A stretch of DNA of 64,000 bases from Treponemataceae bacterium (GCA_045627325.1 JAZQNK010000068.1:5562-69561); one strand, 5' to 3'; counted from the stretch's first letter, positions 1 to 11,190 are shown. Translations and numbers: made by a program. Notes: generated by a model from the letters alone, not told the origin.

Positions 1-19
1 AGACTTTGACGAACGCATT

Positions 20-3000
20 ATGAACGCACTGCACGTTATCGGTGAATCAGTTGAAGCAGACAGAATGTTCATCTGGCAGAAAACAGAAGACTGTGAAAAC
101 GGCTGCTGGCTTTCTTTAAAATATTACTGGGAATCAAAAGATGCGCCCAGAAATCCGCAGGGCGTTATAAACAGAAAAAGACTGTCAAACGAAGATATCA
201 TTCAAAACATGCGTCCAGACCAGATGCTTACAAACAGCCGCGTTTCAAAAGACAAGCCGCGTGGCTACGAAAGTCTTCTTGAACAGCAGGTTCGTTCACA
301 GTTGACAATCCAAATTGTTCTAGGCAACGAATACTGGGGCTACATCGATGTAAGCGACTGCCACAAAGAACGGCATTTTTCAGCAAGCCAGGAAAACATC
401 GTAAACACCTGCGGACATATGATTCTTGCATACATTTTCCAGCAGGAAAGCATTAGAAAAATCGGTGCAAGAGACATGCTGCTTTCTTGTGTTACAGACA
501 TAACAAAAGAATTGACAGCAGTTTCACAGGTTTCATTTTTCGACAGACTGAAAACAGGAATAAAAAAGATAGGCGAACAGCTTGATATCGACCGTGTCCA
601 TATATGGCGGAATCATCTTACGGAAGATGAAAACAAAATAAACTCAAGCGAACTTATCGCATTATGGCAGTCTTCACGAATTTCTTTTTTGAACACGCCG
701 ACACTTCCAAAAGTTTTTGAAGACAAAAATGATGTCTTAATTAAATGGAAGCAGAAACTTGAAACAGAAGGCATAAAAAACGGAAACTATTCTGCATTGA
801 CTGCTTCAAAGACATTGTATCGCCCGCTTGAAATACTTTCTGCACTGGTTGTTCCTTTGTTTTTTCAGGATCATTTCTGGGGCTTTATGTGCTACGACAA
901 CTGCCACGAAGAACGCACGTTTACTTCGGACGAAGAAGCAATTCTTGCAACATGTGCACGTATTTTTGCAGCTCAAATAATCCAGGACGAAATTTCCACA
1001 TCTTTAATAGAAGCAAAAGAAGTTGCGCTGCAGGCAACAAAAGCAAAATCTAATTTTCTGGCAAACATGAGCCACGAAATAAGAACGCCGATGAATGCAA
1101 TTCTTGGAATGTCAGAATTAATTCTCCTTGAAAAGCTTCCGCCGCTCATAAAAGAATATACGCACGACATAAACACTGCCACAAGAAGCCTTCTTGGCAT
1201 TATTGATGACATTCTTGACATTTCAAAAATTGAATCAGGCAAACTTGATCTTGTTCCAGTGCAGTACGATTTGGGTGCACTTATAAATGACGTGCTGACG
1301 CTGATAAAAATGCGAACGGCAAGCAAAGGCCTTGCATTTTTTGTACGCATCGACCCTGCTCTGCCGCACAAATTGATTGGTGACGAAAACCGCGTAAAAC
1401 AGGTTCTTATAAACATTCTTGGCAATGCTGTAAAATATACAAAAGAAGGTTTTATCCGGCTCGACGTTTCAGGCATGCAGCAGGGCAAAACTTTAAGATT
1501 AACTTTCCGCATTCAAGATTCTGGTGTCGGCATTAAAGATGAAGATTTTTCAAAACTTTTTGAGCTGTTTTCACGTGTTGATACAAAACGCAACCGCAAT
1601 GTTGTTGGAACAGGTCTTGGACTTTCAATTACAAAACAGCTCTGCGAAATGATGGAAGGCACAATTTCTGTTCAAAGCGAATACGGCAAAGGTTCAGTTT
1701 TTACGGCCATTATTGAACAAAACGTCGAAGATGACGAACCTTTAATTGCTTTGTCTGATGAAACAAGCAAGACAGTACTGGTTTATGAACCACGCGAAAA
1801 AAATGCAGAAAACATAAAAGAGATTTTAACCGACCTGCATTTGAATTTTGTGCACACAACAAAACCTGAAGATTTTGAAAGCAAGCTGAACGAACCGGCA
1901 GATGAAGGCAAACCATTTGATTTTGTGCTTGTTTCTTCAATCTATTACAGAAAATTATTCATTTCTGCAAAAAAAAGAAAGAGCAGAATAAAATTTGCAG
2001 TTCTGGCAGAAGGTTCAAGCGATTTTCAATACGATAAAAACCTTCAGATTGTTCCAATGCCACTGAACAGCATTCAGCTTGCACAGGTTCTTGCACTCGG
2101 TTACGTACCGCAGACAGCAGCAAATCTTGCTGAAGAAAATAATTATAAAGTTAGTGCGCCAGACGTAAAAGTTCTTGTTGTTGACGACAATTCGGTCAAT
2201 ATCAAAGTTGCAGTCGGACTTTTAAGAAGCCATGACATCAACGCAGACACAGCACAGTCTGGTTTTGAAGCAATCAACAAAGTTAAAGAAACTGTTTATG
2301 ACCTTGTTTTCATGGATCACATGATGCCGGAAATGGACGGCGTTGATGCAACACATGCGATAAGAAACCTGAACAATGAAAACGGAAGCATTCCAATTAT
2401 TGCACTTACTGCAAATGCAATAAGCGGTGTGCGCGAAATGTTTGTTTCAGAAGGAATGAATGACTTTCTTGCAAAACCGATTGAACCAGAACGGCTTAAT
2501 GCGATTCTGCAGAAATGGCTGCCGGAATCAAAGATTTTTAAGAAAAAATATTCTGAAGAAACAGTTATTGATGACAAGCCTTTCATCGCAGATGTAAATT
2601 ACAAAACAGGTCTGGCATTTGCCGGAAATGATTTGAATGCATACCATGATATTCTTACTACATTTGTAATTGACACTGATAACAAGATTCAGCAGATTCA
2701 ATATGCCTTTGACCAGCAGGACTGGCACCTTTATGCAGTTTATTCACATGCACTAAAAGGCGCTGCAGCAAACATTGGTGCAGAAGAGCTGTCTACTTTT
2801 GCATTGCGCATGGAAGATGCAGGAAAACAGGTAAACACAGCTTATATTCAGACAAATATAACAGCATTTCTGCTTCAAATTTCTCAAATGAAAGACAATA
2901 TTAAAGAATATCTTGTCTCTGTTGAAAATATGAATCTTTTTGCAGATCTTGATGCAGGAAACATTGACCTTCTTAAAAGAAAGGCTCCTTTTATTCTTGA

Positions 3001-3178
3001 CCGTGCACAGAACATTGACATCATTGCAGTTGAAGACACACTCGATGAACTTGCAAAATTTTTATGGCCGGAACCTTTTGCCGCACATATAAAAAACATA
3101 AAAGCGGCAACAGATATTTTTGACTATGACGGAATTATCGCAGCCGTTTCTAAGCTCTTGAATGAACTGGAAAAATAA
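20..3178 (+). CDS. Hybrid sensor histidine kinase/response regulator (two GAF-like modules, HisKA, HATPase_c, REC, C-terminal Hpt)
   Basis: 1052-aa ORF. H-box [14 protein letters not shown]-box [11 protein letters not shown]-boxes DSGVGI and GTGLGLSI. Receiver [10 protein letters not shown]...[11 protein letters not shown]. Hpt [15 protein letters not shown]. The frame is open from the ATG back to position 2, so the true N-terminus may lie outside the window. Confidence 0.9.
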   Translation: MNALHVIGESVEADRMFIWQKTEDCENGCWLSLKYYWESKDAPRNPQGVINRKRLSNEDIIQNMRPDQMLTNSRVSKDKPRGYESLLEQQVRSQLTIQIVLGNEYWGYIDVSDCHKERHFSASQENIVNTCGHMILAYIFQQESIRKIGARDMLLSCVTDITKELTAVSQVSFFDRLKTGIKKIGEQLDIDRVHIWRNHLTEDENKINSSELIALWQSSRISFLNTPTLPKVFEDKNDVLIKWKQKLETEGIKNGNYSALTASKTLYRPLEILSALVVPLFFQDHFWGFMCYDNCHEERTFTSDEEAILATCARIFAAQIIQDEISTSLIEAKEVALQATKAKSNFLANMSHEIRTPMNAILGMSELILLEKLPPLIKEYTHDINTATRSLLGIIDDILDISKIESGKLDLVPVQYDLGALINDVLTLIKMRTASKGLAFFVRIDPALPHKLIGDENRVKQVLINILGNAVKYTKEGFIRLDVSGMQQGKTLRLTFRIQDSGVGIKDEDFSKLFELFSRVDTKRNRNVVGTGLGLSITKQLCEMMEGTISVQSEYGKGSVFTAIIEQNVEDDEPLIALSDETSKTVLVYEPREKNAENIKEILTDLHLNFVHTTKPEDFESKLNEPADEGKPFDFVLVSSIYYRKLFISAKKRKSRIKFAVLAEGSSDFQYDKNLQIVPMPLNSIQLAQVLALGYVPQTAANLAEENNYKVSAPDVKVLVVDDNSVNIKVAVGLLRSHDINADTAQSGFEAINKVKETVYDLVFMDHMMPEMDGVDATHAIRNLNNENGSIPIIALTANAISGVREMFVSEGMNDFLAKPIEPERLNAILQKWLPESKIFKKKYSEETVIDDKPFIADVNYKTGLAFAGNDLNAYHDILTTFVIDTDNKIQQIQYAFDQQDWHLYAVYSHALKGAAANIGAEELSTFALRMEDAGKQVNTAYIQTNITAFLLQISQMKDNIKEYLVSVENMNLFADLDAGNIDLLKRKAPFILDRAQNIDIIAVEDTLDELAKFLWPEPFAAHIKNIKAATDIFDYDGIIAAVSKLLNELEK

Positions 3179-3316
3179 AAGAACAACCTCAGATACAATG
3201 CATTAAGATTCGTTCTTTTGCATAAGACACCGCAGCCGATTTTTGTTTTATACGGTCTAAAAGACAGGACATGAAACATTCCGGACGAATCAGGCATATT
3301 TTGCAGCACAACTTAT

Positions 3317-3368
3317 ACAAAAAAAGCCCGCCAAACCAAAGCTTTTGATTTGACGGGCTTTTGTTTTA
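3317..3368. terminator. Bidirectional intrinsic terminator between the kinase gene (+) and putP (-)
   Basis: AAGCCCG (3324-3330) pairs with CGGGCTT (3354-3360). An extended imperfect stem is flanked by an A-run upstream and TTTTGTTTTAT downstream. Confidence 0.6.
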
Positions 3369-3384
3369 TGCCGAAAGCTTTATT

Positions 3385-4917
3385 TTATGAAGCCTTGTAT
3401 TTGTCAAACATAGCAAGAACTTCTTCGTCTTTTTTTGTAAACAGACTGACAACAACAGCAAGAACAAGACAAATAATAAATCCTGGAACAATTTCATAAA
3501 GGCTGAAAATGCCGCCAAGAGAAATATTGTGCCATACAACAACTGTTACACCACCGCCAATAATTCCAGCAATGGCGCCTTCTTTTGTACAGTTTTTCCA
3601 GAAAAGAGAAAGAAGAACGATTGGACCAAATGCAGCACCAAAACCAGCCCACGCATAACTTACAAGACCGAAAATTGAATCGTTGTTTGGCAAAAGACAA
3701 AGACCAAAAGCAACAAGCGCAATTACCAGAACAGAAATTCGGCTTACAAGAAGCACTTTCTTTTCATCTGCATCTTTATTGATTATGCCTTTGTAAACAT
3801 CAAAACTGATTGAAGAAGATGCACTCAAAAGCTGACTGTCTGCTGTACTCATCGAAGCTGCAAGAATTGCACACAAGAAAAGACCGGCAATAAATGCAGG
3901 ATACATTTTAAGCATTGTTTCGCTAAATACAGTTTCCTGCGCCCCGCCTGTTAGAAGCATAACCGGGTTAGAAAGATCTGCACCTGCAAGATAAACAGTT
4001 CCAAGTGTACCAATGATAAATGTTCCAATATAAGAAATTACCATCCAGATAGTACCGATGCGGCGAGCTTTTGAAATTTCATCATTTGAACGGATACCCA
4101 TAAACCTAATGATGATGTGAGGCATTCCAAAATAGCCTAAACACCAAGAAAAAGCAGAAATTCCGCTCAAAAGTCCATAATTTGCATTTCCGGCAAAGGC
4201 ATTTTTCATTTCTTCGCCGAATTTGCCGGCCAAAGCAAGTGCATTAAATTGCGAAGCCTGATCGATTGCTGCACTCGGTCCGCCAAGCACAACAATTGCA
4301 ATAATTGAAGAAACAACAAATGCAATAAAAATCAATGCGCCCTGTACAAAGTCTGTTGTACATACAGCAAGATAACCGCCCAAGATTGTGTATGACAAAA
4401 TAACAACAAGACCGATTACAAGACCTACATAATAATTCAAGCCGAATACAGAACGGAACAATTTTGCACAGGCAACAAAACCAGATGCAGTATAAATTGT
4501 AAAGAAGAAAACAATAAAGAACGCACTTACGATTGTAAGTACATTAGATTTGTCATTGAAACGCTTCTTGAAAAAATCAGGAATTGTAATTGCATCGCTA
4601 AATGAAATTGAACATTTGCGGAGTGGTTTTGCTATAAAAAGCCAGTTCAAATAAGTTCCAACAATAAGACCTAAAGAAGTCCATACTGTTTCTTTAATTC
4701 CGCCAAGATAACAAAGACCAGGCAAGCCCATCAAAAGCCATGCAGAAGAGTCAGATGCTTCTGCACTCAATGCAGTTACCCATGGTCCAACATTTCTGCC
4801 GCCTAAAAAGAAATCTTTTGGGTTATTATTCTTTTTTGCACTTCTAAGGCCAATATAAACCATAAAACCCAAATACAAGACAAATGCGACGATTTTCGAC
4901 ACAAGCTGTGTAGACAT
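3385..4917 (-). CDS. putP: Sodium/proline symporter (SSS family)
   Basis: The N-terminus MSTQLVSKIV...DFFLGGRNVGPWVTALSAEASDSSAWLLMGLPG matches the PutP signature, and the protein is polytopic throughout. I chose the ATG at 4917 because GGAG lies 9 nt upstream. The ORF track extends to 4944. Confidence 0.85.
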   Translation of the reverse strand: MSTQLVSKIVAFVLYLGFMVYIGLRSAKKNNNPKDFFLGGRNVGPWVTALSAEASDSSAWLLMGLPGLCYLGGIKETVWTSLGLIVGTYLNWLFIAKPLRKCSISFSDAITIPDFFKKRFNDKSNVLTIVSAFFIVFFFTIYTASGFVACAKLFRSVFGLNYYVGLVIGLVVILSYTILGGYLAVCTTDFVQGALIFIAFVVSSIIAIVVLGGPSAAIDQASQFNALALAGKFGEEMKNAFAGNANYGLLSGISAFSWCLGYFGMPHIIIRFMGIRSNDEISKARRIGTIWMVISYIGTFIIGTLGTVYLAGADLSNPVMLLTGGAQETVFSETMLKMYPAFIAGLFLCAILAASMSTADSQLLSASSSISFDVYKGIINKDADEKKVLLVSRISVLVIALVAFGLCLLPNNDSIFGLVSYAWAGFGAAFGPIVLLSLFWKNCTKEGAIAGIIGGGVTVVVWHNISLGGIFSLYEIVPGFIICLVLAVVVSLFTKKDEEVLAMFDKYKAS

Positions 4918-5082
4918 TTTATACTCCAAGTAATATTTTAACAAAACATTTTATATGTTCCGTGTCTTTAATTTTACGACAAAACTTGTTACTAGTAAAG
5001 AAAAAGAAATTTAAATCTGTACCAACAAAAAAAATTATGGCACAGACCGGACAGCGCATTAACTTTTTTATAATTCAATCGC

Positions 5083-5117
5083 AAAAAAAAATGTCCGGAA
5101 ACAGATGTTCCGGACAT
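5083..5117 (-). terminator. Intrinsic terminator after the SH3b-M48-cyclase operon
   Basis: A 10-bp perfect stem, ATGTCCGGAA (5091-5100) / TTCCGGACAT (5108-5117). On the minus strand it is followed by a run of 8 T (5083-5090). Confidence 0.75.
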
Positions 5118-5130
5118 TCAATAATTCAAA

Positions 5131-7302
5131 TTATTTGGTCGTTGCAACCCATACACCAACCGGCCATTTTGAAAGGTCAGCTGCAAGCAAATCATTGCAC
5201 TTATTGCAATAAGACTGTGCCGCCTTATCCTGGTTTTTGATTTTTTCAAATGTTTCAAGGGCTTTTTCAAGTGAACCATTGTAAAACAATTTGAGTGCAG
5301 CATCAAAAATCGGCAGAATATCTTTCATTGCAAGATATTCATCAACATTTAACGGCTGGAATACACGGACAGCTTCGGTTTTGCCGACAACTGCTATTTT
5401 TGCAAGTTCCCTGAAATGAAGCGATGTTCCGGCAGCTTCTGCTGCATTCTTCATAGCTTCGGTACACATTGTATATGTTCCAAACTGCTTGTTCTGTCCT
5501 TCAAGGCGTGCAGCAAGATTTACGGAATCACCGAGCATCGTGTAGTCAAAACGGTCATGCGAACCCATGTTGCCAACAACAGCATTGCCCGTGTTAAGAC
5601 CAATGCGCATATAAACACCGGAATTTACACGCAGCGAAAGTTCCGGCCGCATTTTCTGCAGCACATCCTGACATTTCATTGCAGCTTCAAGTGCACGTTT
5701 TGCATGGTCTTTCTGTTCTGCCGGTGCATTCCAGAAAGCAATTATTGCATCACCTTCATATTTATCAATTGTTCCGCCAGATTCAAGAATAACGTCTGAC
5801 ATTGCAGAAAGATAATCATTCAAGAATGCAGTAAGTTCTTCTGGGTTTAATTTCTCAGATATACTTGTAAAGCCCTGAAGGTCAGAAAAGAAAATGCTTA
5901 TTTCTTTTCGTTCTCCACCAAGTTTCAGACGGTCAGGATGAGCAATAAGTTCATCAATAACTATCGGGCTTAAATACTGCTTGAAAGCAGATTTTATGTA
6001 TTTCTTCTGCCGGCCTTCCAGTGCATAATCTACAAGCAGTGTAACAAGATAAGAGAACACAAGCGCAGATGCTGCAGAAAGCGACGGAATCCACAAGCCT
6101 TTAATGAAAAGCATTGTTGAAAAACCAAAAATAAGACAGACAAGCAAAACTACCAGGAACAGCGAAACAGGAAGAGCAAATCTTCGTATAACAGGCAGAT
6201 TGTTTGCCAGAAGCAAAACAAAAGCACCAAGAAGAGATGCACAGAACAGAAGCAGAATATTCAGCAGAAAAGACGAAGCTGTTATAAAATCGTCCTGCAG
6301 AAAATTGTCAAGCATTGTTATATGCACGCCGACACCCGGATATTTTGTAGAAATCGGTGTTGCACAAAGATCAAAAAGTCCCGGTGCATAAAAACCAAAA
6401 AATACATATTTTCCGGCGAAATTCTCAGATTCAATCAACGGTTCTTCGCCATTCTGAATTGCATAATAGCTTTGCAGAATCTGCATTGCATTATATGGAA
6501 TGTATCTGTCGAGTTCTCCACGATAGCGCAGCAGCGGCTTGTATTCTGAAAAAACTGGAATCTGCTGGTCTCTAAACAAAATTGCTTTGGCTTTTGAAGC
6601 ATAAGAAATCTGTTCGTTTTTGCCTTCGCGCACAAGCAGAGATTCAATGCCCAAAGACGGAACTGCTCTTCCGTCTACAAGATAAAACAGATTGGTGCGG
6701 CGAATTATGCCGTCTTTATCAGAAGTACTGCGGATATTTCCAAAACCACCAGCTGTTTCACGCAATGTTTTTATAGGGAAAAGCGACGGCAGAAAAGGTG
6801 ATACTGCACGAAGTTTTTTTGCATCGAATCCATCAATTTCAAAAACCGGCGTATTAACATTTTCAGGCCATTCCTGTGTGTTACCGTACTGTTCACTTAA
6901 GAATACAGTATGAACAACTCCTGTAAACAATTCCGAAGCTTCTGCAAATTCCAGGTCGTCTTCTTCGCCATAAACAGAAGGTTCTGTAAACATAACATCG
7001 AACGCACACGAGTTTGCACCACCGTCAGCAAGATAACGGACAATGTCTGCATATGCTTTTCTAGGCCAAGGCCAGCTCCAGCCTAATTCTTCCTGCGCCC
7101 AGTCAAGACTTTCCTGGTCAAGAAGAATCAGCATAATGTCATCAGAAGGCACGGTGTTTTCCGCCGTTGCCTTCATCATTGTGTCATAGACTTTGTTTTC
7201 AGGATACGAAAGAATGTTTAATGCCAAAAAGAGCACCGCAATTATTGTTGCTCCAAAAGCAATAATTACGGTACGTGCAATTTTATTGTTTAATAACTTC
7301 AT
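5131..7302 (-). CDS. CHASE2 sensor domain-containing class III adenylate/guanylate cyclase
   Basis: N-terminal TM segment, then a large extracytoplasmic region, then a cluster of TM helices (aa ~345-420), then a cyclase domain: ISIFFSDLQGFTSISEKL, KYEGDAIIAFWNAP, RIGLNTGNAVVGNMGS..RFDYTMLGDSVNLAARLEG. Confidence 0.85.
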   Translation of the reverse strand: MKLLNNKIARTVIIAFGATIIAVLFLALNILSYPENKVYDTMMKATAENTVPSDDIMLILLDQESLDWAQEELGWSWPWPRKAYADIVRYLADGGANSCAFDVMFTEPSVYGEEDDLEFAEASELFTGVVHTVFLSEQYGNTQEWPENVNTPVFEIDGFDAKKLRAVSPFLPSLFPIKTLRETAGGFGNIRSTSDKDGIIRRTNLFYLVDGRAVPSLGIESLLVREGKNEQISYASKAKAILFRDQQIPVFSEYKPLLRYRGELDRYIPYNAMQILQSYYAIQNGEEPLIESENFAGKYVFFGFYAPGLFDLCATPISTKYPGVGVHITMLDNFLQDDFITASSFLLNILLLFCASLLGAFVLLLANNLPVIRRFALPVSLFLVVLLVCLIFGFSTMLFIKGLWIPSLSAASALVFSYLVTLLVDYALEGRQKKYIKSAFKQYLSPIVIDELIAHPDRLKLGGERKEISIFFSDLQGFTSISEKLNPEELTAFLNDYLSAMSDVILESGGTIDKYEGDAIIAFWNAPAEQKDHAKRALEAAMKCQDVLQKMRPELSLRVNSGVYMRIGLNTGNAVVGNMGSHDRFDYTMLGDSVNLAARLEGQNKQFGTYTMCTEAMKNAAEAAGTSLHFRELAKIAVVGKTEAVRVFQPLNVDEYLAMKDILPIFDAALKLFYNGSLEKALETFEKIKNQDKAAQSYCNKCNDLLAADLSKWPVGVWVATTK

Positions 7303-8198
7303 AAGCCGGCAACAGCAGCCTTAAATCGCGGCAAACGTACATCTTGATTTGAAACATACTGATATTTTCCAAGCCGGAAGCTAACATTGTTCAAACGACT
7401 CTCTGGAGAAGGGTGTGTAGAATACATACCGCCGCTTGAAGAGCTGGCTTTCTGCTGAAGCATTTTTAACATTGATTCAAGACCATGCGGATCATAACCT
7501 GCATTTTCAAGCAGTTTCAAAGCCGTATTGTCAGCATCAAATTCCTGCTGTTTAGAATAACCAGCTGTAGTCATTGTACTTACAATTTCACCAATGTTCT
7601 CATCAAATGAATCAACCATTTCGTTCAATGCATCGTTTCCAAGAGCATAAGTTGTCGTCTTTGCAGCAGATGTAAGAGCAGCGCGTGTCCGCTTTGATTT
7701 AATTGCTTTTACAGCATGCTGAAGCTGAATATGTCCAATTTCATGTGCAATAACGGCAGCAAGAGCATCTTCGTTTTCTGTACATTTAATAAGACCTTTT
7801 GTAACAAGAATATGGCCGCCAGGTGTCGCAAAAGCATTTGCTTCATTTGAATCAAGTACCATTACATGATAGCCGTTATACACATCCGGTTTATCAGAAT
7901 TTATTACCAGCGCATAACAAATCTTATTCAAATAAGCCTGAAGTTTATCGTTCTTGAGTGGCTTATACTGGGTCAAAAGCTGTGCAGCAACTGCACGTCC
8001 AATATAATACTCTTCTTCTGGTGTAATTTCTTCCTGTGCTTTTCCTAAAGCTTCAGAAGTTTTTTTTGCACTGTCTTTTGTTTTCTGGTCAAATTGAATT
8101 TTGTTCTTCAAATCTTTCAGCGAAGTTTTTTGTGCAAAACTAAAGCCTTGAACAAAAATCAAAGCAGCAGCAACAGATACAATTAATTTTCTGTTCAT
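7299..8198 (-). CDS. Secreted M48 family zinc metallopeptidase
   Basis: Signal peptide MNRKLIVSVAAALIFVQGFSFA. HExxH motif HEIGHIQLQH. The stop overlaps the cyclase start (ATGA, 7299-7302). Confidence 0.85.
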   Translation of the reverse strand: MNRKLIVSVAAALIFVQGFSFAQKTSLKDLKNKIQFDQKTKDSAKKTSEALGKAQEEITPEEEYYIGRAVAAQLLTQYKPLKNDKLQAYLNKICYALVINSDKPDVYNGYHVMVLDSNEANAFATPGGHILVTKGLIKCTENEDALAAVIAHEIGHIQLQHAVKAIKSKRTRAALTSAAKTTTYALGNDALNEMVDSFDENIGEIVSTMTTAGYSKQQEFDADNTALKLLENAGYDPHGLESMLKMLQQKASSSSGGMYSTHPSPESRLNNVSFRLGKYQYVSNQDVRLPRFKAAVAGL

Positions 8199-8677
8199 TA
8201 CTCAGCTCCATAAAGTTGACCGTCTGTAATAAAAGATTTTAATGAAGCATCTGAAACTTTTACAGATTCAAGCTGGTCAACACTTGAATAATTGAGCTTT
8301 TTGTTTGAATTTTTATAACCACTCTCTACTTCTTCAGAAAAACCTTTTCCAGCCAGTGCAATTTCATCAGCAGAAGCTGAAACTTTTCCGTTTTTTGAAC
8401 TTGCAACAATCTTTTTTGTTGTAACACTTGAAGAAGGAATCCAGCCAGAAACAGAAGGGTCGCTTGCTTTATGAACTTTATGATATTTATTACTTGCTTT
8501 TTCAATTATAAGAGCATCGCCGTAAGAAGTCTGTGCAACAACTTTGTCAAAATTGCCAGTTCCCGTTTTAATAGCTGCTTTTTTTACAGCAACATAAACA
8601 GTTTCTCCATTCTGAACAGCAAAAAGTGCAGCAGCACATGCAAATACACATAACATACAAACTATTTTTTTCATCAT
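8198..8677 (-). CDS. Secreted SH3b-like domain protein (hypothetical)
   Basis: Signal peptide MMKKIVCMLCVFACAAALFA. An SH3b-like segment GDALIIEKASNKYHKVHKASDPSVSGWIPSSSV. The stop overlaps the M48 start by 1 nt (TAATG). Confidence 0.5.
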   Translation of the reverse strand: MMKKIVCMLCVFACAAALFAVQNGETVYVAVKKAAIKTGTGNFDKVVAQTSYGDALIIEKASNKYHKVHKASDPSVSGWIPSSSVTTKKIVASSKNGKVSASADEIALAGKGFSEEVESGYKNSNKKLNYSSVDQLESVKVSDASLKSFITDGQLYGAE

Positions 8678-9048
8678 TTCCTCCTATAAGACATCGTAAA
8701 AGCGAATGCACAGAGAAGTTTCATTTCTGCAACTTTAGAATGCAACGCATGAACAAGCTGCTTTTAATAAAATACATTGGTGTACTTTATCATACTTCCT
8801 ATAAGCACCGCACCAGACGTGAATATAAACAGCAATAAAGATTTTGGACGATATTTGATATTTCTGCTATTGCCGTCATGCATGTCTTTTTATATAAAGA
8901 CAATTCACACCGTTTAAACGCATAAATATATTTTCGGTTACAATTTTTACAAAGTTTCTGTCTATTTTCTATAAATTGTTATAAGCTAATAGAAAAATAT
9001 TAATTTATTACAACATAATGATTAAAGTAATTTATAAATTGCAAGAAT

Positions 9049-10950
9049 TCAGCGGACATGCGAGCGTTTGCGCAGAGATTTTTCGCTGTACATCATTTCA
9101 TCTGCTTTGGCAATCATCTTTTCAACAGACAAAGATGCAGAAAGAGAAACAAACCGTGCGCCACAGCTGGCACTTATTTTATATGGCTTTTCAGAAATGC
9201 TGTTTACATCATCAAGATATTTCTGAAACGATGACCTAAACTTTTCGATTGCTTTTTCACAGTCACCATTTTCAATTGCGGCACAGACAAATTCATCTCC
9301 ACCAAAACGGGCACAGACAGATTCCTTTACAGCACTGTTAAAAATAGCATCAGCCATAACTTTTATGGCAAAATCGCCGTCTTTATGACCATATGTATCA
9401 TTTATCTGCTTCAAGCCGTCAATATCAATTGAATAAACAATGAGGCTTTTCTTTCTGATACCAGCATCTGTAATGTCATGCAAATTTTCAGTTATAAAAC
9501 GTTCTATAGAATCATAAAAACCGCGTCTGTTAAAAATTCCAGTCAGAGGATCGTGAACAAGCAGAAATTTAAGCTGCTCACGCATTTTTAAAGACGCAAG
9601 GGATTGACTCAAAGTCTGGGCAAAATATTCATATCTTGAAATTTCGTAATAATCTTCAGTAAACAGAACGGCAAGATAACCCAGAAAATCTTCGCCAAAA
9701 ATCAGCGGTATAAAAACAAAACTTCTGTATCCGGAATCAAACAGATTTTTCAGATCCGGTAAATATTCGTGTCTGTTTATAGGCTGAAAGTCAAATACTT
9801 TTCCGTTTTTTATGCAGAGAAAAGTATCAATAGTTTTATCAAACGGATTTTTATATGTAAATTTTTCATCCTTATGGATATCCAGAAAACCATGATTAAG
9901 CATTATCCATGCATCTTGTGAAAAAGAAACCTTTTCAACAAGAATATGCTTTATGTCTTTAATACGATCCAGCGGTGTAACATATGTTGCAAGTTCCTGC
10001 TGAAGATAATTCAGATATTTAAGGTGTCCTGTATCTTTTTCAGCAAGATATGCGTAATTATTGGCATTTTTTACTTCAAGTTTTGCACAACCGCAAGACT
10101 GCCTTAATAAAATTTCAGGCTCAAGAACTTTTATGCGTTCTACAGGTTCGTCTTTTAAAAGAGAAGACAGAGTTTTGACAGCTTCCCTTCCGACATAAAC
10201 ATTGTCGCATTTTGCAGTCGTAATCTTTGGAATATGAAATTCTGCAAGTTCAATGCCGTCAAAACCTGTAACAATTGTGTCATTCGGCACACTGTAGCCT
10301 TTTTCAAAAAGTTTTTCACATACGGCAATCGCCATACTGTCATTTGCACAGACAAATGCATCAGGAATTTCTGCACCAGATGCAAAAAAATCATCCATTG
10401 CGCGCAGAGTCGGAATGCGCCAGAAATCACCATAAAGAATTTCATCGCTGTTAAAAGGTATGTTAAATTTTTCAAGAACTTTTCTAAAGGCATTTATGCG
10501 GTTTTCAGAATATTCATTGTTTTTTTGTCCGGCAATCAGCCTGAAAGTTCTGCAGTTGTGTTCGGTTATAAGATGCTCAACTAAGGTTTCAAAAGATTTC
10601 CTGTCATCAAAACAGACAGAATAAATTTTATTGTCGGGAAAATTTAAGGAAACAACGGGAATTTTATGCTTTTCGCATTTTTCAATAATTTCAGAAGCAA
10701 TTTCCCTGGAATACATTACGCTCTGAGAAATAATAACACCATCAATATTGCCGTAATCTATTAATTTAAAAACAGATTTATTAATTTCATCAGTGTGTTC
10801 AGATACATAATTTTCAGGCGAATCAAATACAAGCGCAGCAAACCCCTGCTCTCTTGCTTCAAGGCAGACACCTTTCATCATTTCAAAAGAGAAACCATAA
10901 GAGCATGTTAATGTACAGACTGCAATTGTTTTCGGTCTACTGTCACTCAT
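9049..10950 (-). CDS. Cytoplasmic diguanylate cyclase with an N-terminal LacI/RbsB-type (periplasmic-binding-protein fold) ligand-binding domain
   Basis: No signal peptide and no HTH. PBP-type-1-like segment FVCANDSMAIAVCEKLFEKGYSVPNDTIVTGFDGIELAEF. C-terminal GGDEF domain with RFGGDEFVCAA. Confidence 0.8.
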   Translation of the reverse strand: MSDSRPKTIAVCTLTCSYGFSFEMMKGVCLEAREQGFAALVFDSPENYVSEHTDEINKSVFKLIDYGNIDGVIISQSVMYSREIASEIIEKCEKHKIPVVSLNFPDNKIYSVCFDDRKSFETLVEHLITEHNCRTFRLIAGQKNNEYSENRINAFRKVLEKFNIPFNSDEILYGDFWRIPTLRAMDDFFASGAEIPDAFVCANDSMAIAVCEKLFEKGYSVPNDTIVTGFDGIELAEFHIPKITTAKCDNVYVGREAVKTLSSLLKDEPVERIKVLEPEILLRQSCGCAKLEVKNANNYAYLAEKDTGHLKYLNYLQQELATYVTPLDRIKDIKHILVEKVSFSQDAWIMLNHGFLDIHKDEKFTYKNPFDKTIDTFLCIKNGKVFDFQPINRHEYLPDLKNLFDSGYRSFVFIPLIFGEDFLGYLAVLFTEDYYEISRYEYFAQTLSQSLASLKMREQLKFLLVHDPLTGIFNRRGFYDSIERFITENLHDITDAGIRKKSLIVYSIDIDGLKQINDTYGHKDGDFAIKVMADAIFNSAVKESVCARFGGDEFVCAAIENGDCEKAIEKFRSSFQKYLDDVNSISEKPYKISASCGARFVSLSASLSVEKMIAKADEMMYSEKSLRKRSHVR

Positions 10951-11190
10951 AATTCAAACAGAGTATACCTCTTTATTGATGATTTGCAAAGAAAAAATAT
11001 ATTTTATTATTTTTGTAAAATGAATCTTGAAAATCAGATGTTATCTTTCTGAAAGATTCACATCGAAAGGCATACATAAAGTAACCGTACACATGTTATG
11101 GAAGAAATATTGCAGAACACAACGGCATCATGCAAAACAGTACGGCTGCAAATTACGGCAGCTCATGCTGAACAGCCTGTACGAATCATC

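Noticed and set aside
973-1512. 179-aa ORF antisense to the hybrid kinase gene. Similar long shadow ORFs occur at 18409-18891, 36165-36596, 36779-37240, 41016-41501, 43340-43831, 46826-47332 and 56341-56793.
   Set aside because: All lie entirely inside well-supported genes on the opposite strand. They have no SD, no recognisable motifs and low-complexity or odd composition, which is typical of frame shadows in AT-rich DNA.
4962-5306. ORFs of 92 aa (+) and 62 aa (-) around the putP/cyclase intergenic region.
   Set aside because: They overlap the cyclase 3' end and its terminator hairpin. They have no SD and no family resemblance.
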